A stretch of 64,000 nucleotides of DNA from Vermamoeba vermiformis (Eukaryota): positions 62,001-126,000 of the forward strand of contig JBEWZL010000096.1 of NCBI GenBank assembly GCA_045837725.1, read 5' to 3'. The notes beneath the pieces were generated by a model. It was given only the letters and a program-made list of their open reading frames with translations, did not search any database and was not told the DNA's origin. Position numbers and translations under genes: made by a program. Below, in pieces: positions 1 through 13,267 of this stretch; positions within the stretch are counted from its first letter, which is position 1, and each line of letters opens with the position of its first letter.

Positions 1-638
1 CCCAGGTACGTTTCGCCACAGAATAATTACTCACAATGCTAATATTAAACAAACTTGTTGCTGCTTTCCATAAAAGGAAATATTTTATTAATGTTATTTT
101 TGGTTTTTTGTAGTGGGCAATAACGCGACTGTGGGAGCATCAGGAATGGGTACTGATTATTTATTCATGTGTCCTACGCGAGCTGCTGTGCGTTCAATGA
201 CTAAGAGTGGCGTACCAGTCTATTACTATCATTTCTTGCATTCACCATCGACCGATCCGTCAGATCCTTGGCCCTATTGCCAGGTAAATATTATATATAT
301 GATTAAGTATTATTATTAATCACATTTAAAAATTATAGAACTCGTTCGTATGCCATACAGCAGATGTACCGTTTTCGATGAACACATCCAGCATCATTTG
401 GCCGAACTACAAATTGACGACAGCGGAACAATTATTAGCGGACAAAATGGCGAGATATTGGACCGCTTTCGCGAAGTCTAAGACAGCTGAAGTCAAGTGG
501 CCAAGCGATTTATTATCGTGGCCTAAGTACGATCCGCAACGACAGCTTTCGATGTCCTTTAACTTGAACATTTCTATTAGTATTAATTATAATGGTGCTA
601 ATTGCGATTTTTGGGACAACTACGGATATTTAAATTGA
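1..638 (+). CDS. Carboxylesterase type B (COesterase) family, 3' part only; gene starts upstream of the window
   Basis: Exons 114-283 and 339-638 join to TDYLFMCPTR...VPVYYYHFLH...VCHTADVPFSM...LADKMARYWTAFAK...WPKYD...CDFWD, the typical C-terminal motifs of type-B carboxylesterases including the catalytic His. Introns are GT-AG. Confidence 0.85.
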
Positions 639-721
639 AGCAATGTAATTTCCAAGTAAAATAAAACAAGTTTGTAAAGAGATCTGGTAATTTACAAAAA
701 ATTCTGCGGTGAGTTTAGTAC

Positions 722-3700
722 TTAGTTATCAGATACAGGGTTGCTGGTGTTATTAACAATAATTTGATTAGCATCAGGTTTCTTTTGTTGCGGCTGTGGC
801 GGTAACTCGATCTCGTTCTTTTGTTTTCGGATCGGCTTGGGACTGTTCTTCTTTTGTTTCTTCGGCTTTTCTTCTTTCTTTTCAACTACTGGCTGCTTTT
901 TTTCTTTGGTATTCGCTGTCTTTTTCTTCGGCTCTTTCTCTTGCACGTTTGTTTTACCACCGGATCCATCGCCGGAAAGGTCTCTTTCTCCAAATGCGAT
1001 TTCATATACGTCCTTATAGTAGTCGACGAAATGCGGTGTAATTCCTCTCGTAATATTTTCTTCTAATTCTTCCCAATCAACCCTGAAGGAAATTTTGTGT
1101 TAGATCCGGATCTAGCTGCCATAAAAGTTCCTTTTAAGGAGATGCCAAGAAATATATGCTTACTTGTTATCAATAGGCAAGATCACGTGCTTGATATTTG
1201 CACGACTGGCAGCAATAATCTTTTCTTTGATAGCACCGACTGGCAAGATCTTTCCTGAAAGCGTAATTTCGCCAGAAATAGCCATATCATCGATAACAGA
1301 TCTACAATGAGAATAAAATTAATAAAATATCGATCGATCACGATGCTGCTTATGACGTACTTGTTGAGAGCTAATGACAGCAATGAAGTCACCATCGGGA
1401 CACCAGCACTAGGACCGTCTTTGCTGGTGGCACCTTCGGGCAAGTGCATATGCACGGAGTACTATAAAATTAACAATAAGACTTAGGCTCAGAAAGAATT
1501 TTTAAAGCAGATCCAGATCCGATCCAAAAATTTGCAGCAGCAGACGTACCTGTTCGAAGAATCTATTCTCCGGTGCCACGCTGTACAAGAAATTTCGTGC
1601 GTAAGTGAAAGCAATGTTGCTGCTCTCTTTCATCACTTCGCCCATTTGACCAGTCGTCTTCAAGCCCTCATCATGGTCACGTGTGCCTTCAATCACGGTC
1701 TCTACGTACAGCGCAGAGCCGCCCATTGGAGTCCAGCTGAGACCCATGACGACACCCGGGGGACATGTTTCGTAGTGTCTATATTTGGAAATTAGAAAAT
1801 ATTCGCAAAGTTACGTTCCAACGCAGATCTAGATCCATTTCGGCGGTACTAGCTTGAGTTGCTAATTTCTATCACATTTAAACGTACCTATCAGTGGTAT
1901 ATTTAGGCTTGCCAACATATTCCTCCAAATTGTCGTGGTTGACTGTGATCGGAGTTTCAGTGCCTTTCGTCTGCTTTTCTTTTTGGAGCTAAAAATAGAC
2001 ACATTAATTACCAACGCTTCAAATAACCTAGTTAATTTATAATACGTACCTTGTAAGCAGCCTTCGAGAAGATATTGTCGATTTGTTTTTGCAATTGACG
2101 CACACCAGCTTCACGGCAGTATTGGTGGATCAGCTTTTTAATCGCCGAGTCTGTAACTTTCACCAACGTCTAAAAAAACATAACAAATTAATAATTAGCC
2201 TATCGTTCGAGTTGTACTAATGCAAATGTTTTCAAACGGCACAATTATATTAGGCTTTAGAGGACTTACGGATTTGAGTTGCGTATTCTTGCGTGCATTA
2301 GGCAACAAATGGCGCTTGACAATGTTCATTTTTTCTTCGAGGACGTAACCGCTCAATGTCAACACCTCCATGCGGTCCAATAGAGGTCTGGGAATGGTAT
2401 CCAACACGTTCGCCGTGCACACGAACAACACCTTGCTGAGGTCATAAGGCACGTCTAAATAGTGGTCTAAAAATGTCGCGTTTTGTTGCGGGTCCAATGC
2501 CTCTAACAACGCACTGCTCGGATCCCCCATGATACTGTTGCCGACCTTGTCAATCTCTGAATGTTTTTTGTGAGTCACGTGACATTTCCTAATAAGGAAA
2601 CTAAGTAGTAACACTTACCGTCGATAAGAATGACTGGGTTTGAAGTCTCACGGAGCTTGAGGCATTGCACAAATTTGCCGGGCATGGCTCCAACATAGGT
2701 ACGTCGGTGACCCTTAATTTCTATAAAAGGAAATTAGCATTGACGCCATTATCAAATCTGCATTTTATAAAAACTTACCAGCAACATCGTTCATGCCACC
2801 AACGGAAAATCGGAAGAACTTTCGGTCCAATGCCCGAGCGATAGATTGACCAATGCTAATAGTGCGACCGTTAGCCACGTCATAATTGAATATTGATGGT
2901 TCGACTTACCTCGTTTTACCAGTGCCAGGGGGACCAACAAGACATAAAATTTTACCCTGTAGAGTTGTCAGAAAAATGCACGAGGAACAATTTTGACACG
3001 CGCGTACCTGAACATTGCCGGTCAATGCACCCACAGAAATGAATTCTAAAATGCGTTCCTTGATGTCCTTTAAGCCATAGTGGTCTTCATCAAGGACCTC
3101 TGTATAATAAAAGTTCATTAGTATCACTTTCGACGAACAGAAAGTACGTGAAAAGTTGTTGATCCGCACGGATGCGGATCTCGGATCCAAAACTTACTTC
3201 TAGCATGAGCAATGTCGTATTTATCTTGCGAAAATATTCCCCAAGGCAATGCAGTCAACCAGTCCAAGTAATTGTTCGTCACGCCGTATTCCATGAGCAT
3301 GGGCTCGAGTGACATCAACTTGTCCATTTCTTCTTTAATAACGCGTCTGACCTCTTCAGGAATGTTCTTATTTTCCATGCGTTGTTTGTATTTTTCTAGT
3401 AATTTTTCTTTCTCGTCCGACGCAATGCCCGACTCTTTTTGCAATTTTTTGAGTTCTTCGTTCAAATACGATTCTTTGCTCTCCTTGTCAATAGTAAATG
3501 TTCTAATAATATATCAATACGTTATCCAAAATTAATATAATGTATTATAGTGAACTTACTGTGATAAGTGGAATGCGTCCTTCAATACCGCGTATTGCTT
3601 TCTCAATAAAGAAATGACCACGTCCAATCTTTTCTTTACATTAAGAGCCTCGACGACTTGCTATAAACAATAGGAAATAATTATTAGCAAAATTTTGAAG

Positions 3701-5301
3701 CCGCTCATTATAGACAAACAAAAAAAAAGTAAGATAATTTTGAGCAGCTCAAAATCTATTGGACAAAACTATATGCTCGAAAGAAAGAATTAAATTGTTT
3801 TTCCAAATTAGGTAACAGAAAAAAGCGCTTGAGAAATAATTCTAATATATTTGTAGCGTAGCGTACCTGCAATTCAGAGGCGTCAAAGTTAGGCAAGAAT
3901 TGCATGCAGGTGTCGGCAATAACAGATGGTTTAAGGCTCTTTTGAATCTTCAGCATGTCTAAGAAGCGATGAATATAATCGACTTCGTGTGATTGACGCT
4001 GCGCTAAAATCTCGTAGATCTGCATCAGTGTCAACTTCAAAGTCGTCAATTTTTGTTCTATTTCGGGGTCTTTAGGGTCATATGGTTCATCCTATAAATA
4101 GAAATATTTTAATATTAAAAAATTACCTTCATTTAACTATAATTAGCCACACTTAAATTTCTTCAATGAGGATCTGACTATTCAAAGTAAAAAAAATAAG
4201 CAAAAAAACGATATTTCCTTAACTATATAGGAGGCAATTATGGCGTAAATAATGGACGCAAAACTAACCACAAATTTACTATTACTTTCTAATTATTCAA
4301 AAAGTACTGAAGGAAAATTGTAGACTTACCGCTAAAGGCTTAACATGTGCCTTAAATGGCGTGGTCGAAATAATTTCAGTAATTTGCACGCGCAGAGGCT
4401 GCACTTCTACGAGTGGATAACCTGGCGCCAGCTTTTCATTCAAAATAATTGCCCAGTAACCTGTTCACGAACAAAACAATTTAATAACGAAATATATTAC
4501 GTTGATATGTATATATTACCTATATCATGCACTTTGGGCTTATTATCTGGTTCATCGGGGTTCGCAGGTCCGTCTTTGACGTAAAATAACGCGACATTTT
4601 CTGACGACTCTGTCGATGCAGCAGCCATTTTACTCAAAGGCAAGGGCATTCTGAGACCTATATATTTTATTTTTAGTAATTGATTTGTTTTGAGCGGAAC
4701 GGAAGTGAGTTCAGATCCGATCTAGGCGAAAAGTCGCTTACCAGGATAAAGAGTGCGCTTGGAGATTGGATAAATCGTGCTAGTAGTTGAAGCTACTAAT
4801 GTAGTGGGTTCTATTATTACAAAAGTTAGTCCGATGACGAGGACTTCGTAGATCGCAAAATATTAATAATTTAATAAAACACCGCTTAATTCAAGTATTC
4901 TAGAAAACGAATCGTATAATTTTAATGCACGTGCAACTTACTATCACGAAGAGAGACTGCTTTATCCTCGTCACTCTTTTTTGGTTTGCCATCTTCAACC
5001 AAACGCACCTGAAATTTTAATTAATAATTTTAAAATGCATTTTGTACCAATTAAACCACTGTGATATATAAATTCTTATCAAGACACTTCACAAAAAACG
5101 ACAAGTAATAATTACTTTAGATTGGGAGAAAAATCGCTTCTGAGTTGCCTTCTCGTTGAGCCAAGCTGCTTTTGGTTTTAAATTTAAATTGAATAATGTT
5201 TGCGTCCGACTGACAAGCTGCGGGGTAGTTCTAGTCAACATCCGCGAAGTCACACGAGATCGAATGACTCGCTGCATTTGCTGTGTAACTAGCGATAACA
5301 T
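722..5301 (-). CDS. LONP1: Mitochondrial Lon protease (AAA+ and Ser-Lys protease), multi-exon
   Basis: Arg/Ser/Thr-rich presequence [35 protein letters not shown]; Walker [53 protein letters not shown]; catalytic [23 protein letters not shown]. Confidence 0.95.
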
Positions 5302-5564
5302 TACTGAATATTTGAGTTATAGTCTATCAGCGCGCTATTGTTTTCAACTTTTAGCGGCTCGTTTAATGAAAAATTTTCTGAATCTGCATTTTTGCCTGCC
5401 GACAGAGAACGACGCGAACCGGATTTTCTTCCGATGTTGCAGATCAACATAAGAAGGAAAGTTCCATAAATCACATGCCGGATGAAGACTTTGTGGCTTA
5501 AACAGACCAAACTGAGTATTGATTTTTAATTATTTTATTGTTTTCGTAAATCACAAACGCTCAT

Positions 5565-6800
5565 CTATGCAATTGCAATCAACATTAGTGCCTCGTAGCC
5601 AATTGGCTTTCCAGACGCCATAATTTCCTCGGCAAGCTCCGTCAATCTCTTCTTATACGCAGCTCCTTGCTCAGGGGTTGATTTATTCAGTTTGTCAACA
5701 ATAGCAGGTCCTTCCATTGATCGCTGTGCAAATTCTTCGGCTGAAAGTACGTCAAACGGTGCCCACTATGAACAAACATTAGTACGCTAGATTTGCCTAA
5801 AAAAGACATCAGCTCCTACGTACACTGTACCACGCTAATACTTTCGAGAAACCAGCGTCGAGCAAGAGTTTTCGTGTGGCCTCTAAATCACCGAGGTAAA
5901 ATTGTGAACGACGATTGCTCTGATCGGCCAATCCGATGTCTTCCCAAGCCTTGGCTGGCAACGTGAATTGTGGACCATTCTCTTTACGGCCCCAAACACT
6001 GAACGCAGCAATACCACCTGGTGAATTCACATCATATTAGATCGAATGTTAGAGGGCGAAAATTGTTACCTTTCTTGACCACGCGACGAGCTTCGCGGGC
6101 CATATCAGCAGCGGAAGGCACGAGATGCATGACAAAATTGGCGAAGTAGACGTCGAATTCTCCGTCTTTGTAAGGCAGTTCAACACCGTTAGCGACTTCA
6201 AAAGTGACGGTTGGGACCTGAAACGGAAGGTCAATATTTCGCCGAGGGAGGAGTTAACTTAACTTACTTTGATTCTATCCGAAGCAATCTTAATCATTTC
6301 CTGTAAAAATAAGTGCTTAGGACCGGAGCAAGTAAATCAGAGTTAGTTACACGTACCTTGGACAGATCCGTGCTCGTCAAATGAACGTGATCACCCTTTG
6401 CACGGACCAAATTGATAGTACCTATTAATAATTAGTAAATATTACGCTATTATAACATGATCGTACCTAATCCAGAACCACAGGCAACTTCAAGAACTTT
6501 TGACACCTTGGGATCGCCTACAATATTTTTGATTATTTTGTTTATAATTTTTAAATAATTACTTACGAAGTGGTAGCATGACTATAAGTTGTTGGGCGAA
6601 CAGGTTCGTCGTGACAGCGAAATTTTTATCAAAAGTGCTGGAAAATCGATCCCAGTATTTTTCCAACTCTTCTACGGTTTGGGATGTTTCTGTAATAATA
6701 TTTGGTGAATATTTAAATACTCAAGATGAATTAAATGCATCATAACAGTAGATTGAGTTCAGCCACAGGCAAACTTACGTTGTTGTTGTTGCTGAGCCAT
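5565..6800 (-). CDS. Class I SAM-dependent methyltransferase (Methyltransf_11/UbiE-like), multi-exon
   Basis: Spliced product has motif I VLEVACGSG, TSTDLS, ANGVELPYKDGEFD and AREARRVVKKGG. ATG at 6800, TAG at 5565. Confidence 0.8.
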
Positions 6801-6952
6801 TGTTTGTTTTGTTGTGTTTGATAACGTATAAAGATCTGAATTTATAGTCGAAAAGTAATTGCTTCTAGGTGTTTCTACTCCGACAAGAGGAGATTTATGG
6901 AAGGATCCAAAAATGGAAAAACCACGCGCGGTTGAACGTCATTACGCGTAAT

Positions 6953-8838
6953 TTATTTCTTCGGCGAAACGGAAGCTCCATGCTTACCATGATGATGCCC
7001 TACATTATGAGGTATCTTATCCTCTAAAAACTGTTTCAGCCTCGGGTTGAACCATTCGTGCTCTTTTAAAAATGCGTCATGACCAAACAGCGACGATAAA
7101 ACCTAATGAAAATACGATTAAAATCCATGCCAACATCTTTATACCTTAGGATAAGTATATCGTAACATTTAAGGTCTGGGGTACGGAAAAAATCTTACCT
7201 CGAATCGAACGTCTCGTCCAAGTTCTTTCAACAAGAAAAACAAATGCTGTTGTTCAGTGACAGGGATTAACATATCTCTATCGACACCTATTAAAAATGT
7301 CTTGGCTTTGATCCGAGACACGCCCTCGTAGTAACTTGAAAAGCCAGATCCAAGATCCATCATGTCCATGCATCTACTCAGCAACAAATAGCAATTTGCA
7401 TCGTAAACGTATGTAAATTTCTCGCCTTTCGCTTGCAAATACCTACGAAATGTTAGAAGATCGCGTCAAGTTAGATTCGCTTCCGGACTTACTTTTCAAC
7501 CTCAAAAATAGGCTCATAATAGCTTGTAATGTTCTTTTGTGGATTCCAATCAAATCTTTCGTTAAATTCGTCACGTGATCGATAGGTTATGGTGCCTAAT
7601 TCTCGTGCTATTTTCAATCCTTTCCATGTACAAATTTAGAATTGGAATTCAAACTCGCAAATTTAGAAAAAATCGTTGTACTATACGTACCATCGATAGG
7701 TCCAGGGTTCGGGTAATATTCACCATTTTGGAATTTGGGATCCAGGGTTATCGCTGCTCTTTGAACTCTTCTCAGCGCCACAGTTCCAGGCGTAGTCTTG
7801 CCTAAGTACCAAAATCATTAACATTTTCACAGAAGTATTTAAATAACGGTTAATTTTCTCACCGGTCGCGGAAATTGAAATTATTCTCTCGACACTGTCA
7901 GGGAATAACGAGGCGAATTTCAGAACTTGCATGCCCCCCAAACTAGCACTATCAATCACGGAATATTAGGCCTGTATTAACTATGATATGATACTCACCC
8001 GACTAGTCCGTGTAATTTTGTAATTCCCAAACGATCTAATAATAGTTTATGAACACGTGCTTGGTCACTAGTTGTAACGACTGGAAATTTTTTGCCGTAC
8101 CTTACATTCAAGTATTAGTACTCATTATAATATATAGGTACCAAGCCTACTTTTCTCCAGTTAATGGATTGATGCAGACTGGCGAGGTAGTGCCGAAAGG
8201 ACTGCCTAAAATAGCCGCACAAATGACGCGGTACTTGTTCGTGTCAATTCCTTTGCCAGGACCAACAGTAGCTGTATCCTATTGTTATTACGCGCGCTTA
8301 TCACATGCATCGGGTACGTACCCTCCCACCATCCAGGAGTTGGATCTGACACGCTTGTGCGAACATGTGACGAGGAACTTAGAGAGGGCATGATCATGAC
8401 TACTGGTCCGTTCTCAGGACCCCATTGCTCGTAAAATATTTGTAGCTCTGGCAATGATCCGCCGAGCTCTAATTTAAATTCCTCTTTGACGCAGCACTTG
8501 TGAAGGGAATTACAGTCCATCTGCTCAGAATCGGCCGCCGTAGCATAGTATCGAGTGGAAATATTGGCTCTATTACAATTACAAAGCTATTTAATATAAT
8601 GTTACGCAAATATAAAATATTCTCTAATTAGAACAGACTTTCATACCAGATTCACCTTTGAGAAAATTCAAAATTCACCGATTCGCTTCAAAGTAAATAC
8701 TTACGATTTATATGCATTTTTTTTGATATTTAACAGCGTTTTTCGCGTAGTAGTGCTCTTTGTACAAGCACGCGAGACTGCCGCCCTACAGATCCCACGT
8801 ACTAATGAAAGGGTAGAATTGTTTCTTAGCTGAAACAT
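6953..8838 (-). CDS. MetX/Cys2-family homoserine or serine O-acyltransferase (alpha/beta hydrolase) with mitochondrial presequence
   Basis: [20 protein letters not shown]; nucleophile motif GASLGGMQ split by an intron; [26 protein letters not shown]-terminus [23 protein letters not shown] is basic with no acidic residues. Confidence 0.88.
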
Positions 8839-9776
8839 TTAAAATAAATATAGCAATGCTTTGCGCTGCCTCGCAAACGAAAGAACTGAAGATAGTAAAT
8901 TTTGTTTTCGAATATTCTTTCCGGCGTGTGAAGCACGGAGTGGTAATCTTCTTGCTATCCAAATTATAAGAAATATAGACTATCAAATGTCTGTGATGGT
9001 TCATTGGAGATACGGATTAAAAGCCCGCCAAAGTTATATAGCTCCGTGATCCAGCTGTCCCGAAGGCTAATAGAATTTCAAAAATAAGGAAAAAATGTCA
9101 CAAGCAATGTCAATTATATTGCAGGTAATTAGGCAGCCTCCACTAAATGAAATCACGACACAAAAAAATCTGATCGGTTATATCGATTTAATAACGCTTG
9201 CCCGAACGGACTTTTGTCAATTAATAGCATTATAAACTATAGACTGTAATATCGCGTTTCTTACCGCTTGTGTTAGGGTGCGGAGTTGATCTTTGTAACT
9301 TGGCTTGCGCAGTTTCCGCCGATACCAACTGATGTAACAAATGTTTTAAATTAGAGATTTACTTTGCAATCCCCAGTTTTGCACCGTTACAATCTTCTGG
9401 AACGCGACCTGAATTCAGATTTGGAGCACCACACGAGAAACAACAAATATTTAAAAACAAAGAATGTAATCAATCAATGGAGCAACTTAATTTAGACAAC
9501 AAAACGACAATAGGCAATACAGTTTTCATCGATATTGTTCGTTAAATACAAAATAACGAATTTTCTATCAATTCTCCACAGAAATGACAGCGGATGCCTC
9601 GTTCATTGTTACAAAGACCACAAATTACAGAAATACCAGTAAGACGACTTCTACAGAGATATTTCCAGTATCCAAAGTATAAAGCTGTTTGGTTTGTTCA
9701 GTTTACTCACTCTCGAAATCCAAGCAACAACGGAAGAAGCTTCTCAGTAACTTCGGCTTCTACAATAACACACAAA

Positions 9777-12700
9777 ATGTCTAAGACTCGAAGCGTTTTA
9801 ATATGCTTAGGGTTGGTATTCGCCTTTGCGAATTCACAAGGTAAGATCTCACTAAAATATTGGCTGCGGATGCAGATCCCTTCAAGTCTGTAAATTACAT
9901 GTATGCTAACGATAATTTAATCTATAGCAATCCAATGCGGTGGCTTTTTCGTATCCCCGTCCGGCCTCTACTTCAGTGCCGTCGTAGGCGGTGCTGCATC
10001 CACTCAGCAATCGCTGTTCATTTCTAACGCTGGTCTTACCGACACTACTTTCGCTAAATTTGCTATTGAAGGCCCTGGCGCCGATAGATTCACTATGGAT
10101 GGTCAAGCTCCCGCTCAGATCAACAAAGGTCAAACCCTTGAAATCAAGCTCTCGTTCACGGCTACTGCTTTGGGCGATACTGGTGCAGTTCTCACTATTG
10201 AGACCGCTGTTTCAAACGCTTCAATCGTATTGAAAGGTTTAGGTAAGTGATAAGTTGTCAAAGGACGAAATCGTACTGAAATTCCGGAGTTGATGTACCG
10301 ATCCGCTTACGCTTCGTCCCAGATTCTGCTACGGACAACATTTTTTGTGTATTAATTGCTAACCACTAATTTTCTTAAAGGATTCGCTGGTCTTGGTAAC
10401 GATAAGGAACCTTCTCTGCAACGCATCCTCGATACCATGTCCTTCAATATCAATGTTGGTGATGATGATCCTGCCACTAGCGTCATTAACTCCGATGACG
10501 CCAAGGCAAAATCTGCTCTCCTTGGAAAAGACGAAATTGCTGTGCCCAGATTCGTCAAGTCAAACGCTAAATTGCCTGTTACTCTTACTGTTATCGCCTC
10601 TTTCACTGCCACCTCTCAAAATCCCGCTGCTCTTTTTGGCTACTACCACGCTGGAAATGCCGCTGGCGTCGAGGTGAGTTTTCCATTCCCGATCCAAAAA
10701 TCGTTGCAAAGCCAGACTTACTGATCTGAAATTTCTTCAGGAACTCTTCACTTTGTCTAACCAACCCGAGACTAACGCTCAAGGCCTCTCCAACATCGCT
10801 GTTGGTGCCTTGAGATTCGAGCCTGGTGCTTCTACTTTCGGTTTTTATGCCGGCTTCCCTGCCCTCAACAAGGTTTTCTACAGTGAAGACTCTTTGAACG
10901 CTAACTCTCACAACATCCGCGTCTACAAATTAGCCGATGACGAATACCTTTTCTGCGTTGAAGACGGCTATTTGCCTGATTACAACGATTTGGTCGTCGT
11001 TGCTCGCAACGTCAAGCCTGCTCCCAACATGGTTGTCACTAACTACGGTCAACGCTCTTACCTCACTAACTCCATTGAACGCGGTGTTTTCGACGAGCAC
11101 TTGGGCTTCTCTAGAATCTTGGTCCCCGGCGGTGCTACTTGCTTCGAAACTGGTTCAATCAAGCTGAAGAACTTCGGTACTACCACCGTCACTGTTAGCA
11201 AGATCGAAATTGCCAACCCCGATTTGTGGGCCATCGCTGGCGTCACTTTGCCTCTCACTCTCGCTGCCGGTGCCGAACAAATTGTTACCGTCAACTTCAT
11301 TGCTTCTACTGGTGACAGAGGCTGGAGACAGTCTACTTTGACCATCACTAGCGACGACGCTGGATTTGAAACTCGCGTCATTGCTTTAGGTGGTGCTTAC
11401 ATGCTAGAACAACAAGGTGGTCACGAAAACACTCTCGAAGACTTGTCCTACGCTTGGGGCTACCCTCTGATGTGGGATCACATTTACCTCCTCTCTCAGA
11501 TCGGTAACGGTTGGGCGTTGAGTGAAGATCCTAATCATCCCCTTCACGGTGATGAAGTCCGCTCCAAGTTGTGGAAGCGAGCTGTTGAGCGCAACGACCT
11601 TTACGTGCGCCAAGCTGCTGCTTATCATCCTTGCTGCAACGATGACGTCATCATTCAAGTCGCCGGTTCTGAATTCAAACACAACCACTTGTGGTCTCAA
11701 TCTATCTGGCCCTTGATGATCGACGAGAAGGGCCCCGCTGAAATGTCCATCTTCAACCCAACTCCTAACCCCTTCCCCGTTGTCATCTCCGGTGAAGCTC
11801 ACACTGATCAACTTATGGGCGGCAAATACACTGGTATTCGCACCTTCCCTGTTCGTAACCCCATGGGCCACTTGGTTCGCGACACTTACCTCTTCGTGCA
11901 AGACTTTGCCGCTGCTGGTTGTGGTGACGCTGCTGGTCAAGCCAACTGCGACTTCAACGACAACGTCTACCTCTTCAACAACATGGCCCCTGCTGATGCC
12001 ACCTCCTGGAACCCCTTCGATCAACAAATGGCCCTTGGCAATCCTGCCCTCGTCTTGGAATTCACCCAAGCTACCATTGGCTACAATGACGCTAACAACC
12101 GTGCTACTGGCTTCAATGACATCATGATCAACAGCAGAGACGTCGCCCCTGGCAGCAACTCTCACGACGCTTCCAAGTTGAACCTCGACACCACTGCTGG
12201 TACTCTCACCGTCACTTCAACTGCCACTGATATCTCTGGCAATGACAACGCCAACGGAAACAACCTCATCAACGGTCTCGCGTTGGGCTTTGACGGCTCT
12301 AGCCACACTTTCTCCGTCGTTGCTCGCATCAAGCAATACACTGACGCCGTCAAGGGTGGTATCTTCTTGGGCTTCGACAAGGACACTTTCATCCGCGCTG
12401 CTTTCACTGGTGGCAACAACATTGAAGTTTGGACCGAGAAACACGGTACCGGTCAAGCCACTAACATCCCCATTAAGGCCGATCTCTTGGCCAATGTTGA
12501 ATGGTGGGAACTTCACTTGGCTGCTGACCCTACCGACGGCACTGTTAAGGTTGCCTACAGAGCCATCAACAAGGACAAAACTACCTCTGACTTCAGCGGA
12601 TCTAACGCCTTCACTTTCGAAGCTCCTTACTACGGTCGTATCTTTGACGTGTACAGCAAGGCTGGTATCTACGTCGTTAACGCTCAAGGTCAAAACCCCA

Positions 12701-13023
12701 GCAACGTCGTCTACGATCACTTCTCGATTGTCCCTGGCATGCCTTCTCAAGGCTGCTCTGGTCCCGTCACCACTCCTCCTTTGGGCAGTGGCACTCCTTC
12801 TTCGACTACCACTCCCTCTGGCGACAACTCACCTTCGTCTACTACCACTCCCAACACCAACAACTCGCCTTCTGGCAACACCCCCAATACCATCAACGCC
12901 CCCAATGTTATCTCCAACCCGAACGTTCCTTCCACGAACAACAACCAAGTCTCATCGGCTCAATCAGTAGTTGTTAGCGGCATTGTCATGTTGGTTGTTG
13001 CTCTTATTTATTTGGGCTTTTAA
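9777..13023 (+). CDS. Large cell-surface protein: signal peptide, 2x (ASH/Ig-like + conserved beta domain), ConA-like domain, S/T/P/N stalk, C-terminal GPI or TM anchor
   Basis: Exons 9777-9840, 9928-10242, 10381-10673 and 10741-13023 join in frame. Signal MSKTRSVLICLGLVFAFANSQ. The internal repeat ends in EDGYLPDYNDLVVV and ANCDFNDNVYLF. Hydrophobic end SVVVSGIVMLVVALIYLGF. Strong C/T third-position codon bias. Confidence 0.85.
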
Positions 13024-13267
13024 TTCGATAATATCGAATAATTTTTGATTTTTTCTAATGTAAATAAAGTAGTATTCCTATAATACCTGACTCTTTATTC
13101 GCTCAATCCGCGAATAGTTCAATTTATAACCGGTACTTCAGCAAACAAAAGTTACTCAAGAAGGCGCTGAGCGTTACATTTCCTATTTGAATCGCAGAAA
13201 TTTTGGTTTGAAAACTCGGGCTCGATACGATTGGCAACCGAAACACGTTGTGAACAACACAAACACA

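Noticed and set aside
4150-4185. Possible micro-exon within a Lon intron
   Set aside because: The flanking exons already join in frame (KPLA|DEPYDP), so no extra exon is needed.
10352-12970. Long antisense and alternate-frame ORFs over the surface-protein gene (e.g. 11404..12165 minus, 12242..12970 plus)
   Set aside because: Shadow ORFs caused by strong codon bias in the real gene, with no protein-like motifs.
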